NCBI GenBank assembly: GCA_947478395.1
Contig: CANJVR010000003.1
Coordinates: 224,001-288,000 of the forward strand
DNA: 64,000 nt
Direction of reading: 5' to 3'
From: Opitutia bacterium
GTDB taxonomy: Bacteria > Verrucomicrobiota > Verrucomicrobiia > Opitutales > Opitutaceae
The notes under the pieces were generated by a model that had not been told where the DNA came from, did no database searches, and saw only the letters and a program-made list of their open reading frames with translations. The position numbers and the translations under genes were made by a program. Numbering within the stretch: the first letter of the stretch is position 1; the number at the start of each line of letters is the position of its first letter. Shown here one piece after another: positions 20,075 through 31,018 of the stretch.

Positions 20075-20971
20075 TCAATGATGCGTTCCAGCTCCCGTGG
20101 TTCCGTGCGAATCGTCATGCTCAGCCGCGTGATCCTCGCCATGATTGCAAAGTAGACCGATATAAACCGAGGTGAGCAGGGTGAATACGAGCGCTTGGAT
20201 CAGGCCGACCAGCAGCTCCATGAAGTAAAAAATAAAGAAAAAGCCCGTGCCGTGCAGTAGGTTTTCGCCGCCGAAAACGTTGCCAAAAAGCCGAACTGAA
20301 AGCGTAAAAGGTCGGATGAAAATCGAGAACACCTCGATACAACCGACGAGCAGAAATACGATTGCCAGAAACGGGTAGAGCCAACCTGGGGTTTCACTTT
20401 TTTCGGCCTTATTGCCGAAGAGATCGATCAGGATCACTCGCGGGCCGGCGATTTTGAAAACGATAATGGCCCAAGCGCCGAAGGAAATCGCCGAGAGTGC
20501 GATCGTCCCATTGAAATCGGAGTTGTGCGGGCGAATGAGAGGGCTGGTGATATGAAAGCCATGCGCGGTATCGTGGCCCCACCCGATCGTGCCGACGCCC
20601 GGGAACAGTCCCATCCAATTGTGAAAAAGGATGAAGATGAAAAATGTAACAAGTAGCGGAAATGCGATCGGGAATGCATGCTTGCCCACGATAGGCTCGA
20701 ACAATTCGCGCAGCGCCTCGATCAAGGATTCGATCACCGCCTGCCCCTTGGAAGGGAGGACTGACGGTTTACCGACCAGCCACAGCACGAGGAGAATTAA
20801 CAACGTTGAAACCGTCCAACCGGTCACCATGCTGTTCGTAATTGCCCACCCGTTGCCAAAATCGATCAACTTCGATGCAGCAGGCGCTACCCCACCCTCT
20901 TCGGCGGCGAACGCCGGAGAAATTCCCGTGAGAGATAATGCGAGAAATGCGAGCTTTGTGAGCCGTGACAT
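20075..20971 (-). CDS. atpB: ATP synthase F0 a subunit
   Basis: Motifs NWMGLFPG, RPFTLSVRLFGN and GLIQALVFTLL. Confidence 0.96.
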   Translation of the reverse strand: MSRLTKLAFLALSLTGISPAFAAEEGGVAPAASKLIDFGNGWAITNSMVTGWTVSTLLILLVLWLVGKPSVLPSKGQAVIESLIEALRELFEPIVGKHAFPIAFPLLVTFFIFILFHNWMGLFPGVGTIGWGHDTAHGFHITSPLIRPHNSDFNGTIALSAISFGAWAIIVFKIAGPRVILIDLFGNKAEKSETPGWLYPFLAIVFLLVGCIEVFSIFIRPFTLSVRLFGNVFGGENLLHGTGFFFIFYFMELLVGLIQALVFTLLTSVYIGLLCNHGEDHAAEHDDSHGTTGAGTHH

Positions 20972-21106
20972 GAGGCAATCTAGACGTGTGAAAGGTTTAG
21001 AAAGAATCGACCAAGGCAAACGCCGGAGGCTCCGTCAACCCCTGAAAGCGGCCTCGGACGAAGCGGGTACGGAAATTAGTCGAATGATGGATTTTAGGGC
21101 GACTGC

Positions 21107-21709
21107 TTATGTCACCGGCACGCGGCTGGCGACGAGCGAGCGGTAGCTGGGTGCACGGGCTTGAAATACGGTCACCAGTTCGAATGGCCATGGCTCTCTA
21201 GCCAGCTGCCAAGCCGGATGGTCGTTAATCGCAGCGGCGGCGGCCTCGAAATATTCAACATGGTCTGTTCGGAAATAGAGTCGCGTCTCGGGCGACGACC
21301 GAACTGAAAGCGCATCAAGGAGATGGGACTGAAGCAGCCGATTTTTGTGATGGCGACGTTTTGGCCAAGGATCAGGGAAAAGTAGAAACACGTTCGACAG
21401 AGCCACCCGGGAAGGAAGCGCCGCCAAGAATTCGAACGCCTCAGCTAAGAAAAAATCGAGGTTGTCCAGTTTTGCTCGATTGCGCTTTCGAACGGCGCGC
21501 TGAACACGATCACGAATGAGATCCACCCCCACAAAGTGGTCTTGACGATGCCCGGCAGCGTAAGCGGAGAGGAAGTGCCCGTGTCCGCAACCCAGTTCCA
21601 GCGTGATCTTGGTTGGGGAAGGAAACCGCTCATCGAGAGCAGTTTCCAATTCGCTACGTCGCTGGACGAGCCGGGCTAAGTGATCGGCAGTACGGGCTAG
21701 GTTTTCCAC
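21107..21709 (-). CDS. trmB: tRNA (guanine-N7)-methyltransferase
   Basis: Motifs LELGCGHG, FPDPWPKRRHHKNRL and FRTDH. Start at GTG 21709 inferred. Confidence 0.92.
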   Translation of the reverse strand: MENLARTADHLARLVQRRSELETALDERFPSPTKITLELGCGHGHFLSAYAAGHRQDHFVGVDLIRDRVQRAVRKRNRAKLDNLDFFLAEAFEFLAALPSRVALSNVFLLFPDPWPKRRHHKNRLLQSHLLDALSVRSSPETRLYFRTDHVEYFEAAAAAINDHPAWQLAREPWPFELVTVFQARAPSYRSLVASRVPVT

Positions 21710-21743
21710 GGGAACTATGGTCAATGACAAGGCGAGAACACCG

Positions 21744-23627
21744 TCAGTTTTGAGACCGCCGGCGGGCTTCCACCGCAATTAATAGAATGCTTATGTCGGA
21801 AGGATTGACCCCACTAATCCGACTGGCTTGCCCGAGCGTTGTGGGGCGAATTTCCGACAGCTTAAGTGCGCTTTCACGCCGCAATCCGCGGAGGTTGGCA
21901 AAGTCAAAATCGACTGGAATCTGGACTTTATTGGCATGCTCAAATTTTTTGATGTGCCGAAATTCTCTATCTATATAACCTTTATAAACAATTTGATACA
22001 TAACTTCTGACAGAATTTCGGGCGTCTCAGAATTAAACAATGCAGGAAATTCGAGGGTTCGATTTTGGCCCCGCCCCTCCTCGCTGCGAATTTGATCCCC
22101 ATAAGTTTGGCCCCCCACCCGCTGCGATTCGAAAAATTGGAGCCAGTGTTGAATGCGCCTGTTCTTGGCTTCAATCATGGAAGCCCGCGACGCACTGATC
22201 AACCCGTGCGCTTGCGCATGGTGTCGCAAACGCAGTTCCGCGCTTCCGTGATTAAACAGTAGGCGGTACTCGGCTCGGCTGGTGAACATCCTGTACGGTT
22301 CGGTTGTGCCCTTCGTCACCAAATCGTCGATTAACACCCCAATATAACCTTCGTGCCGGGCAATCACGAGCGGCGCAATCCCCCGGGTCTTATTAACCGC
22401 ATTGACCCCGGCGATCAACCCCTGAGCTGCAGCCTCCTCATAGCCCGAAGTGCCATTGATTTGGCCGGCAAAGAAAAGACCCTCAACTTTTTTTGATTCA
22501 AGCGACGGAAATAGCTGCGTGGGTGGGGCAAAGTCATATTCCACCGCGTAGGCCGGCCGCAGGATTTGGGCGTTCTCTAATCCCGGCACGCTGTGAACAA
22601 GATCCAGCTGGACGTCGAAGGGCAGACTTGTTGACAAGCCATTCACATAGAATTCGTTGGTCGCCCTACCCTCCGGCTCGAGGAAAAGCAGATGCCTGGG
22701 CCGGTCCGCGAAGCGTACAAATTTGTCTTCGATACTTGGGCAATATCTTGGCCCAACGCCCTCTATCTCGCCGCTGTACATCGCTGATCGATGCAGGTTG
22801 TCCCGAACGATCTGCGCGGACTCCGCCGTGGTATGGGTCATCCAGCACGAAACTTGTTCACAACCGGGCGGCCAGCCGATGCGGCGTTCCGCAGTCTGTT
22901 CCACGTAGAACAAATCGGCGGCATCACGCGTGTCATGAAACGCAAAAAACGTTGGGCTCGAATCTCCTTTTTGCTCCTCCATCTTCGAGAAATCAATGGT
23001 ACGGCCAAGCAAACGAGGCGGCGTCCCGGTCTTGAGCCGCTGTAGCTCGATTCCGGCTTCAATAAAACTAGCGGACAGCGTTTTCGCGCTAAAATCGCCC
23101 AATCGACCGCCCTCATTCTTGTTTTCTCCAATATGCATCAATCCGCGCAAAAATGTTCCCGTGGTCACAACAACCGACTTGCCATAAAATTCTAAATCCA
23201 AATTTGTCCGGCATCCGGCAACTCGGCCGTTGCGATAAATCAGGCCGGTTACGGTCGCCTGAAAAAGCGACAGGTTTACCTGGAGCTCCACGGTGTGTTT
23301 CAAACGAAACTGATAGGCTTTTTTATCGCACTGAGCCCGGGGAGATTGGACCGCCGGCCCTTTGGATTCATTCAACAATCGAAACTGAATCCCGGTGACA
23401 TCGGTGTTGATCGCCATCTCACCACCCAATGCATCAATTTCCCGGACCATCTGTCCCTTCGCCTGGCCTCCGATTGCGGGGTTACAGCTCATCTGAGCAA
23501 TCGTGTCGATGTTTCCGGTAAGGAGTAGGGTAGAGGCGCCCATTCTAGCGGCGGCAAGGGCAGCCTCCACACCGGCATGGCCAGCGCCGCATACGATTAC
23601 ATCGAAAATACCATCCATTCTGCTCAT
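21744..23627 (-). CDS. mnmG: tRNA uridine 5-carboxymethylaminomethyl modification enzyme (GidA)
   Basis: Motifs [30 protein letters not shown] and [16 protein letters not shown]. Confidence 0.98.
   Translation of the reverse strand: MSRMDGIFDVIVCGAGHAGVEAALAAARMGASTLLLTGNIDTIAQMSCNPAIGGQAKGQMVREIDALGGEMAINTDVTGIQFRLLNESKGPAVQSPRAQCDKKAYQFRLKHTVELQVNLSLFQATVTGLIYRNGRVAGCRTNLDLEFYGKSVVVTTGTFLRGLMHIGENKNEGGRLGDFSAKTLSASFIEAGIELQRLKTGTPPRLLGRTIDFSKMEEQKGDSSPTFFAFHDTRDAADLFYVEQTAERRIGWPPGCEQVSCWMTHTTAESAQIVRDNLHRSAMYSGEIEGVGPRYCPSIEDKFVRFADRPRHLLFLEPEGRATNEFYVNGLSTSLPFDVQLDLVHSVPGLENAQILRPAYAVEYDFAPPTQLFPSLESKKVEGLFFAGQINGTSGYEEAAAQGLIAGVNAVNKTRGIAPLVIARHEGYIGVLIDDLVTKGTTEPYRMFTSRAEYRLLFNHGSAELRLRHHAQAHGLISASRASMIEAKNRRIQHWLQFFESQRVGGQTYGDQIRSEEGRGQNRTLEFPALFNSETPEILSEVMYQIVYKGYIDREFRHIKKFEHANKVQIPVDFDFANLRGLRRESALKLSEIRPTTLGQASRISGVNPSDISILLIAVEARRRSQN
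22897..22912. promoter_or_regulatory. parS-like centromere site inside mnmG
   Basis: TGTTCCACGTAGAACA, one mismatch to the palindromic parS variant TGTTCCACGTGGAACA. Confidence 0.65.
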
Positions 23628-23665
23628 GTTATATAAACTCCTTTTGCTGAAATACTTCTGCTATA

Positions 23666-25027
23666 TCATTTACCGATGCAGAAGGTCGCAAACAATCTAT
23701 CCAGCACTTGCTCGTGATCAATTTTACCGCCGATTTCGCCCAACGCATCGAGCGCCGCTCGTAGGTCGCTGGCAAGGAGTTCAGCGGAAATCCCTTTCTG
23801 AAGCTTACTGCTAGCTTCAACCAAGGCCGAAAGCATGCGGCGAAGGGCCTCGGCGTGACGGACATTTATCGCCACCGCGTCATCACCGAGATCTTGCTGC
23901 AGTGAATCCGCCAGACGGGCTAAATTTTCCCGCAGATTTTCCAAACCTTCCCCGGTGAGTGCGGAAAATTCAACCGAGGGAAACCCATGGCCCACACTGT
24001 TCGACGGGATAAGCTGGTCCCGAACCAAGTCGGATTTATTTAGGACAAGCACAGTCGGTTTAGACTTCAGCAGCGCCTGCAATTCAATCGGAAGGATTGG
24101 CACTGGGAGGGTTGAATCGACTACCCACAAAAAAATATCGGCTGCGTTGGCGCATTCGAGCGTCTTTTCAATTCCAAGCCCTTCGAGCGGGGCAGGGGAA
24201 TCGTTCAACCCGGCCGTATCGATTAACCTCAAACCGTGGGGTCCAATCATAATCCGCTCTTCGATAAAGTCGCGAGTAGTTCCAGGCTCGGGACTTACGA
24301 GAGCGCGTTCACGTCCTACCATTCGATTAAGCAAGCTGCTCTTACCCGCATTCGGTGCGCCTAAAATTACCGTTTTGATTCCTTCGCGGAGCAATTCACC
24401 GTAGGTATTGGTCGCCAATAACGTCTCCGCATCGCTCAAAATGCTTTGGAGCTGCGCAGCGATCGCAGAACGATCCTCCGCCGGCAAATCCTCCTCGGGG
24501 AAATCGATGTACGCCTCGATTCGGGCCACCGCGTCCAAAAGTCCATCCGCCAGTCGCGTCACCCGCCGGCCCAACGCGCCCCGCAACAATCCGTTCGCGG
24601 CCGTCAACGCGCGCTCACTTCGCGCGTAAATCAAGTCCATCACCGCCTCCGCCTGGGTAAGATCCATGCGCCCGCTCAAAAACGCGCGCTGAGTGAACTC
24701 GCCAGGCTCGGCCATTCGGCAGCCTCGCGCGCACAGATCGCCCAAAATCTTTTGCGCGATGAAGGGGTTACCGTGACAGGATATCTCCAGGGAATCCTCG
24801 CCGCTGTAAGAGCGTGGTCCTTCAAAAAAAATGAAAACCACGTCATCCAGCAAACGCCCATCGCGGTCATGATAATCCCGATACCGGGCAACTCTCGGCC
24901 GTGGGCCTTCCGCAAAAATCTCCCGGACCAGTCGCCCGCAGTCCCCGCCGCTCACCCGCAGTAACGCAATCGCGGCCGTGCCCACCGGCGTGGCCAGCGC
25001 ACAAATCGTTTCGCGTTCGATGGACAT
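23666..25027 (-). CDS. mnmE: tRNA modification GTPase (TrmE)
   Basis: Motifs GAPNAGKSS, GTTRD, DTAG and NKSD; C-terminal FCIGK. Confidence 0.98.
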   Translation of the reverse strand: MSIERETICALATPVGTAAIALLRVSGGDCGRLVREIFAEGPRPRVARYRDYHDRDGRLLDDVVFIFFEGPRSYSGEDSLEISCHGNPFIAQKILGDLCARGCRMAEPGEFTQRAFLSGRMDLTQAEAVMDLIYARSERALTAANGLLRGALGRRVTRLADGLLDAVARIEAYIDFPEEDLPAEDRSAIAAQLQSILSDAETLLATNTYGELLREGIKTVILGAPNAGKSSLLNRMVGRERALVSPEPGTTRDFIEERIMIGPHGLRLIDTAGLNDSPAPLEGLGIEKTLECANAADIFLWVVDSTLPVPILPIELQALLKSKPTVLVLNKSDLVRDQLIPSNSVGHGFPSVEFSALTGEGLENLRENLARLADSLQQDLGDDAVAINVRHAEALRRMLSALVEASSKLQKGISAELLASDLRAALDALGEIGGKIDHEQVLDRLFATFCIGK

Positions 25028-25106
25028 CCCGCTCAGGCAACGCTGCGCCTCAGCGAATGCAAAACGAAATCCTCCGGCGACCGGAAATCTCCGGGCTGAC
25101 GCGCGG

Positions 25107-26378
25107 CTATTTTCCCGTCACTACAATAGGACTTACGCGCGCGCCATCCACGATTTTATCCCCGGGATAAACCACCACTTGGTCACCCTCCCTCAGGCCA
25201 TCCTCGATCACCGTCTCCAGCCCGTTGCCTCGATTCACCTTCACGGTGCGCAGTCGCACAAGGCCACCCTCCAGCACAAAGGCCTGCCAAGTATTGCCAT
25301 GTTGAAAAAGCGCTCCCGCCGGCGCCTTTAAAATATCGTGTCCTTCCCAAACGACGATGCGCGCCTCCACTCGAAAATTATCACCTAGAGCACGGCGTTT
25401 CTCAAAGGGGTCGATAAAATCGACGACAACGTAAACCCGTTGCTCTTCCACTCCCAGCGCTGAGATTTTGGTGTAGGCCGACGGCTCGACCCATCGCACT
25501 TGCGCGGAGAGTGGGGTAGGGCCGCCCCATTGCTCAAGCTGCACGCGCGCTCCCGGTTGAATCGTGACGCCGTCACGCGATAACACTTCGATGCGCGCTT
25601 CGAGATCAGCCGGATCGCCCACTTCAAGGAGTGGAAACCCCGCCGGCACGAGCCGTTCGCTTTCTTGCATAACTCGCAAAATCCGACCGCTCACCGGCGA
25701 TTTTATCACCAGCGGCTCCCCACGTCCACCTGCGCTCTCGGGCTGACCGCGCGTCAGGACGGCCCGTGCTTGCGCCCATTCAAACTCCGCCACCTGGACC
25801 GCAAATTCCGTCGCGCGCTCCTCCTGAGCGGTCGTCGTGGCGCGCAGCTCCGCCGTGTCGAATTCCTGGCGCGAAAGGGTACCCGCTTTAAACAAGATCT
25901 GCTGGCGGGCAAAGTCATCCCGCTGCATTTTTGCGTTCGCCGCGGCGCTCGCTCGCTGGGCGGCAACTTGTTCCCGCATCGCCTCGGCCGCGCGCACTCT
26001 CGCTTCGGCCTGCGCTTGGCCGCGCGCATCGAGCAGATCCGCCCCACCGGATTCCAGCACGGCGAGAACCGTTTTCCCCGCTTCCACGGTTGCACCCGCT
26101 TTCCATTCGATTCGGCGGAGCTGCCCAGCGACCGGGCTGGTGATGACGTAGCGATTCTTCACCCGCGTCATGCCTTCTTCGTTCACCGTCACCGCCAAAT
26201 CGCCGCGCTTTACCTTGGCCACCTCGACGGGCTGAGGCTGCGGCCAAAGCCCCGCGACGATCAGCGCGATCAACACCGCTCCGCCCAGCCTAGGGAGGTG
26301 TCGCGTCCAAAGACGCGGGCTGGCGCCGGGTCGGCCGGAACTCGTGGGCAGATTGGGAGCGGGCAGGGGAGTATTCAT
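25107..26378 (-). CDS. Efflux periplasmic adaptor (HlyD/MFP family)
   Basis: N-terminal anchor, ITSPVAG and IKSPVSG lipoyl-like motifs, KISALGVEEQRV. Confidence 0.9.
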   Translation of the reverse strand: MNTPLPAPNLPTSSGRPGASPRLWTRHLPRLGGAVLIALIVAGLWPQPQPVEVAKVKRGDLAVTVNEEGMTRVKNRYVITSPVAGQLRRIEWKAGATVEAGKTVLAVLESGGADLLDARGQAQAEARVRAAEAMREQVAAQRASAAANAKMQRDDFARQQILFKAGTLSRQEFDTAELRATTTAQEERATEFAVQVAEFEWAQARAVLTRGQPESAGGRGEPLVIKSPVSGRILRVMQESERLVPAGFPLLEVGDPADLEARIEVLSRDGVTIQPGARVQLEQWGGPTPLSAQVRWVEPSAYTKISALGVEEQRVYVVVDFIDPFEKRRALGDNFRVEARIVVWEGHDILKAPAGALFQHGNTWQAFVLEGGLVRLRTVKVNRGNGLETVIEDGLREGDQVVVYPGDKIVDGARVSPIVVTGK

Positions 26379-26387
26379 ACTTTGAAT

Positions 26388-28754
26388 TCAGTCGCGGGCC
26401 TTAAGCACACCCACAAGATCGAGTCGATCAAGCCGGCGACACGCGAGCAATGCCGACGCCATCGACGCCGCCGACACAATCAACACCGCGTAGGCGAAAT
26501 TCGCCGGGGTTAGAATCAGCGGCAGGCGCACAAACTCCGTGTTAACGCTGCCGATGATCGCCCCCGCAAATGTCGCGCCTAGTACGAGCCCGATGGGCAG
26601 CGCGACCACCGTCAGCAACACCAGTTCACCCACCAAGACCGCGCCGACTTCGCGACGCGTAAACCCGATCACGCGCAACGTGGCCAGTTCGCGCTGGCGT
26701 TCACTCAGCGAAATTCGCGCGCTGTTATAAACGATGCCAAACGCCACAACCGTCGCGAAGGCCATGTAGATTTTCTGAATTAATCCGATGCTCTCCGCCG
26801 TCGTCTGGCGAAAGCCTTCACGAATCCGGTTTTTCACGACTACGCTGCCCGCGCGCGGTGCCGCCTTCATGGCCCGCAGAAAATTCGTCCACTGGCCCGC
26901 GGCGACGGTGAGATAAGCTCCGCTGATCCGATCGCCTTCTCCCAGGCGTCGATTGAGACCCTCCATCGCCATATACGCCGTCGTGCCCGCGAAATCTTCC
27001 GACAAAGCCGCCACCGGCACGACAAATTCCGGCCGCCGCCCATCCAGCACCCGCACCGTGATGGGATCGCCGAGTTTCACCCCGAGCACTTCGGCGAGCT
27101 TCATCGAAAGTACAATGCCGTCGGCGGGCAACGTGAGTTGATGCCCCACTTCATCAATCACGCGGTTCAGCTCTGCTTGAGGCGAAAGACCCAGCAAACT
27201 GAGACGGCGGAATCGATTGTCCGCGCGCAGCTCCACTGCGGCCGCGCGAACGGGCTCGGCGAACACCACTCCAGGCAAAGCGCGAAAATCATCGAGCGCA
27301 CGGGCCGGGCCCGGCTCGATCAGTGAAACAAACACGGTATGCCGTTGAATGACGTCCCACTGGTAATCGAGCACATAGCCGATCCCGTCGCGAAACGCAT
27401 TGGGGACCACTAATATTCCGGTCGCCAGCGCGAGAGCTACGCTCGTGAGCAGCGCGCGCACCGGCCGCCGCTCGATGTTTCTCAGCGCCATGCGAAACGT
27501 GGCGGTGAACGCGCGGCCCCAGCCGAGTCTTTCAAACAGCGCCGGCCGATAACTCGACGGCGGCTCGGGTCGCATCGCTTCCGCTGGTGGGAGTCGCACG
27601 GCGGCTCGCACCGCACCGGCGACGCCCACTACGGCCGCCAGTCCGCTGAAAAAAATCGCGGCGATCACCACCGATTTGGCGAGTTTAAACTCCAGCGTCG
27701 GGAACCGGAAAAACAGGTGGTACATGACGACCAGCCGCTCTCCGAGCAAGATACCGCCGAGTGTGCCGAGTACCGTGCCGGCCAAAACGATGACGAACGA
27801 AAATTTTAGATAGTGCCAGCCGATCTCCCGGTTGGAAAAACCGAATGCCTTCAAAATCGCAATCTGCTCCCGCTGCAGCGTGATCTGGCGGCCCATCACT
27901 GAATTCGTCATGAACGCGGCGACACTCAGAAACACCAGCGGAAATCCGATTGAGAGTCCCTGCAGCACTTTGATTTCATCGCGCACCCGCGTATGCGAGG
28001 GATGAGACTCTCGCCCGTACGCGCCACGCCCGCCGTAAGGAATCAAAACTCGGTCGACCGCTGCAATCACCTCGGCCTCGATCGCACCCGGTGCCAGCGT
28101 CAGCGAAAGCGTATTAAACGCACCATCGAGATTGCTCGCCGTGGCGAGTTCCTTGTACGGCATCCAAAACGTCCCGTAGGTTTTGTTATTCGGCAGCGCC
28201 GCGCCAGGAGGAGCTTCGAAGACAAACTCCGGCGACAATACGATGCCCGCTATTCGGAAGCTTTGTCGCCGCCCGTACAAAACCGCGGCGATGCCATCGC
28301 CAGGATGAAGATTATTCGCCTCCGCAAAGGCCTCGCCGGCGAGAATTTCTCCCCTCGATTCGCGCCCCTTCAAAATGCGTCCACTCCGCAGATGCAATCG
28401 GTTGAGCACCAGTTCGCCCTGCTCTGGGAGCGATTGAATCAAACCGGTCGCGGGCTCGATTACGCCAGGCAGATCGAGCGTGACCTGCAGCGCGATGCCG
28501 GCCTGCACCGCCGCCACGCCAGGGATTGCGGCCAGTTGAGCCGTCACGGAATTCGGCGCGCGTTGGAGCCGGGCGAAAATCTGCGCAAACCGGTTGTCGC
28601 GATAGTACGCATCGCGCGTCGATTCCAGAGAGACGATCAGGCTGCGCGTCATGATCATCATCGCGAGACCGCACGCCAACACGAGCGAGACCGCGAGCGC
28701 CTGCGATTTCAGCGCGCGCAAATCACGCAGCAGTTTTAAATCGAGCAGAGACAC
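26388..28754 (-). CDS. ABC transporter permease (FtsX/MacB type, two repeats)
   Basis: Motifs QREQIAILKAFGF and ERQRELATLRVIGF. Start at GTG 28754. Confidence 0.9.
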   Translation of the reverse strand: MSLLDLKLLRDLRALKSQALAVSLVLACGLAMMIMTRSLIVSLESTRDAYYRDNRFAQIFARLQRAPNSVTAQLAAIPGVAAVQAGIALQVTLDLPGVIEPATGLIQSLPEQGELVLNRLHLRSGRILKGRESRGEILAGEAFAEANNLHPGDGIAAVLYGRRQSFRIAGIVLSPEFVFEAPPGAALPNNKTYGTFWMPYKELATASNLDGAFNTLSLTLAPGAIEAEVIAAVDRVLIPYGGRGAYGRESHPSHTRVRDEIKVLQGLSIGFPLVFLSVAAFMTNSVMGRQITLQREQIAILKAFGFSNREIGWHYLKFSFVIVLAGTVLGTLGGILLGERLVVMYHLFFRFPTLEFKLAKSVVIAAIFFSGLAAVVGVAGAVRAAVRLPPAEAMRPEPPSSYRPALFERLGWGRAFTATFRMALRNIERRPVRALLTSVALALATGILVVPNAFRDGIGYVLDYQWDVIQRHTVFVSLIEPGPARALDDFRALPGVVFAEPVRAAAVELRADNRFRRLSLLGLSPQAELNRVIDEVGHQLTLPADGIVLSMKLAEVLGVKLGDPITVRVLDGRRPEFVVPVAALSEDFAGTTAYMAMEGLNRRLGEGDRISGAYLTVAAGQWTNFLRAMKAAPRAGSVVVKNRIREGFRQTTAESIGLIQKIYMAFATVVAFGIVYNSARISLSERQRELATLRVIGFTRREVGAVLVGELVLLTVVALPIGLVLGATFAGAIIGSVNTEFVRLPLILTPANFAYAVLIVSAASMASALLACRRLDRLDLVGVLKARD

Positions 28755-28767
28755 GGCGCAAAAACGT

Positions 28768-29520
28768 TCACCATTGCAGCGAATCGACGCGCACCCGCGC
28801 CGCATTGCGCCGCTCGCCAGTGATCAGACCATCAGAAAGCGTAACGACGCGGTCAGCCATGCCGGCCATAATGGAATTGTGTGTGATGATGAGCGTAAGC
28901 GTCCCGAGCTCGCGATTAATCCGCTCGATCGCCTCGAGCACGGTGACACCCGTGCGAACATCCAGCGCGCCCGTGGGTTCGTCGCACATCAGCACGGCGG
29001 GCCGCTTCGCGATGGCGCGCGCGATCGCGACGCGCTGCTGTTCGCCGCCGGATAGCTGAGCCGGAAAGTGATCCATGCGCGCGCCGAGACCGACGAGTTG
29101 CAGCGCAGCTTCGGGCGCCATTGGGTCGTTGGCGATTTCCGTGATGAGCGCGACGTTCTCTCGCGCGGTCAGGCTCGGAATCAGGTTGTAGAATTGAAAC
29201 ACAAAGCCGACGGCCTCGCGCCGGTAATGGGTGAGTCCGGCTTCGTCGGCGGCACCGAGATTCCAGCCGCGGTAGAGCAAGGTGCCGCTGGTCGGCGTGT
29301 CGAGTCCCCCAAGCAGATTTAGCAACGTCGACTTGCCGCTCCCCGAGGCGCCGAGCACGACCACGATCTCGCCGGCCTGACAGTCGAGATCGACACCCGC
29401 GAGCGCACGTACGGTGGCCTCGCCTTGGCCGTAACTTTTGGTGAGACCGCGCACGGAAAAAACCGGTGCGGATTGGGCGACTGAATCAACGGAGAGGGCG
29501 GACATCGCGGAAGGCGACAC
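28768..29520 (-). CDS. ABC transporter ATP-binding protein (LolD/MacB-like)
   Basis: Motifs [21 protein letters not shown] and DEPTGALD. Confidence 0.95.
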   Translation of the reverse strand: MSPSAMSALSVDSVAQSAPVFSVRGLTKSYGQGEATVRALAGVDLDCQAGEIVVVLGASGSGKSTLLNLLGGLDTPTSGTLLYRGWNLGAADEAGLTHYRREAVGFVFQFYNLIPSLTARENVALITEIANDPMAPEAALQLVGLGARMDHFPAQLSGGEQQRVAIARAIAKRPAVLMCDEPTGALDVRTGVTVLEAIERINRELGTLTLIITHNSIMAGMADRVVTLSDGLITGERRNAARVRVDSLQW

Positions 29521-29706
29521 CGTGATTCACCACGCGATCTCTCGCAACGTACAAACCGGCGTGGACGCGCGATGTAAGCGACGGTGTCGGCGAGCAGAAC
29601 CGGCGCTTACAAGGATTATAAAAACCATTCTGAGCGTAGCGGAAACCGAAAAGGCGTTACCGCTCTTCGGCGATAGAGACTCCCAGTTTACCGTTTCGCC
29701 CTGCGC

Positions 29707-31002
29707 CTACGGCCGGTCCGGGTTGGCCAGGACCGCTTCAATCTCACGCTGAAGTTCGAGGGCGCGCTTTTCGGCGACCGGAATCTGGGCCGGCGCGCTT
29801 TTCTCCAACAGAGTCCGGATGCGTTTTTCGGCTCCGGGATCGAGCTGATAATTTTTCGCCACGATCAACCACGCGAGCGCGGCGGTATAATCCCGCGGGG
29901 TGCCGCGACCGTTCGTGAAAAGTGCGCCGGTGTTGTACATCGCCTGGATCGAGCCGCCGCGCGCCGCCTGAAGATTGAAGGCAAACACCTTCGCGTCGTC
30001 GCGTGCGACGTGCTGGCCTTTGGTGTAGAGGTCGGCGAGCAAATGCGCGGCGTCAGCACTGCCAGCTTTGGCGGCGCGCTCGAGCACGTTGAGCGCGCGG
30101 AGCGGATCGGCTGGTACCAGTTTCCCCGCGAGGAGGACCTGCCCCAACGCGGCGGCGGCGCCCGGCGAATCACGCTCTGCCGCGCGTTCGAGCGCCGCGA
30201 AATCAGGCCAGCTCAGGGTTCGGCCGGTGGGAGAAAGTACTTTTAGGAGCGGACCATCGGATGGCGCTGGGGATGCATCTACCGTCTCTGTATTCGTCGC
30301 GGGCGCGGTGGGTGGTGGCGCACCCATCACGACAAAAGCGGCGGGCGCGGGCAGGAAGTCAGCGGCTTTTTTGGCTTTCAGCTCCGCCTCAATCAGCGGC
30401 GCGCGCTTCTCGGCGGCTGCAATCCATTCCGGCCGGCGCATTTTTTCAATGCGATCGCGCACGGTGGCCTCGGTATCCTGACCCGCGCCGCGCTTCGTCG
30501 CAAGAATGAGCCAGGCCAGGCCCTCCGCGTAGTCGCGTTTCACTCCATGCGCGCCGACGTAGGCCGCGCCGACGTTGAAAAACGCTTCCGCCACGCCGCC
30601 CGCGGCCGCCGCCCGAAAATAATCGAGCGCACGGATTCGGTCCTGTTTTACGCCGAGGCCATCGTCCAGTACCATGCCGAGTCGAAACGCCGCCGAACCC
30701 ACGCCGCCGCGCGCGGCTTTTTCCAATAGGTCGAGCGCACGCGGGACGTTTTGGACGATGCCTTCGCCGCGGAGCAATTGTTGTCCGAGTTGAGCGCAGG
30801 CCTGGAAATTGTCTTGAGCGGCGAAGCTTTCGAGCTCGGCCAGATTGGACCACGGCACGCGGTCGCCCTTGGACATCAGGACCGGCGCATCATTGCCGGT
30901 CGCCGGCGGACGGGCGGCAGCCGCCACACCGGCGGACGGCGCCAGAAGGTAAATACCGGCAAAAAACAACGGACCGACGAAGGCGAATGCGCGGATTTTC
31001 AT
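29707..31002 (-). CDS. Secreted Sel1-like repeat protein
   Basis: Signal peptide; repeated A..LG..Y/L..G.GV..D...A motifs arranged in two duplicated modules. Confidence 0.88.
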   Translation of the reverse strand: MKIRAFAFVGPLFFAGIYLLAPSAGVAAAARPPATGNDAPVLMSKGDRVPWSNLAELESFAAQDNFQACAQLGQQLLRGEGIVQNVPRALDLLEKAARGGVGSAAFRLGMVLDDGLGVKQDRIRALDYFRAAAAGGVAEAFFNVGAAYVGAHGVKRDYAEGLAWLILATKRGAGQDTEATVRDRIEKMRRPEWIAAAEKRAPLIEAELKAKKAADFLPAPAAFVVMGAPPPTAPATNTETVDASPAPSDGPLLKVLSPTGRTLSWPDFAALERAAERDSPGAAAALGQVLLAGKLVPADPLRALNVLERAAKAGSADAAHLLADLYTKGQHVARDDAKVFAFNLQAARGGSIQAMYNTGALFTNGRGTPRDYTAALAWLIVAKNYQLDPGAEKRIRTLLEKSAPAQIPVAEKRALELQREIEAVLANPDRP

Positions 31003-31018
31003 GCGACAACAGTAAACG

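Noticed and set aside
21701..21716. Second parS-like sequence gttttccacgggaact at the trmB start
   Set aside because: Needs a deletion and mismatches to fit the consensus; too weak.
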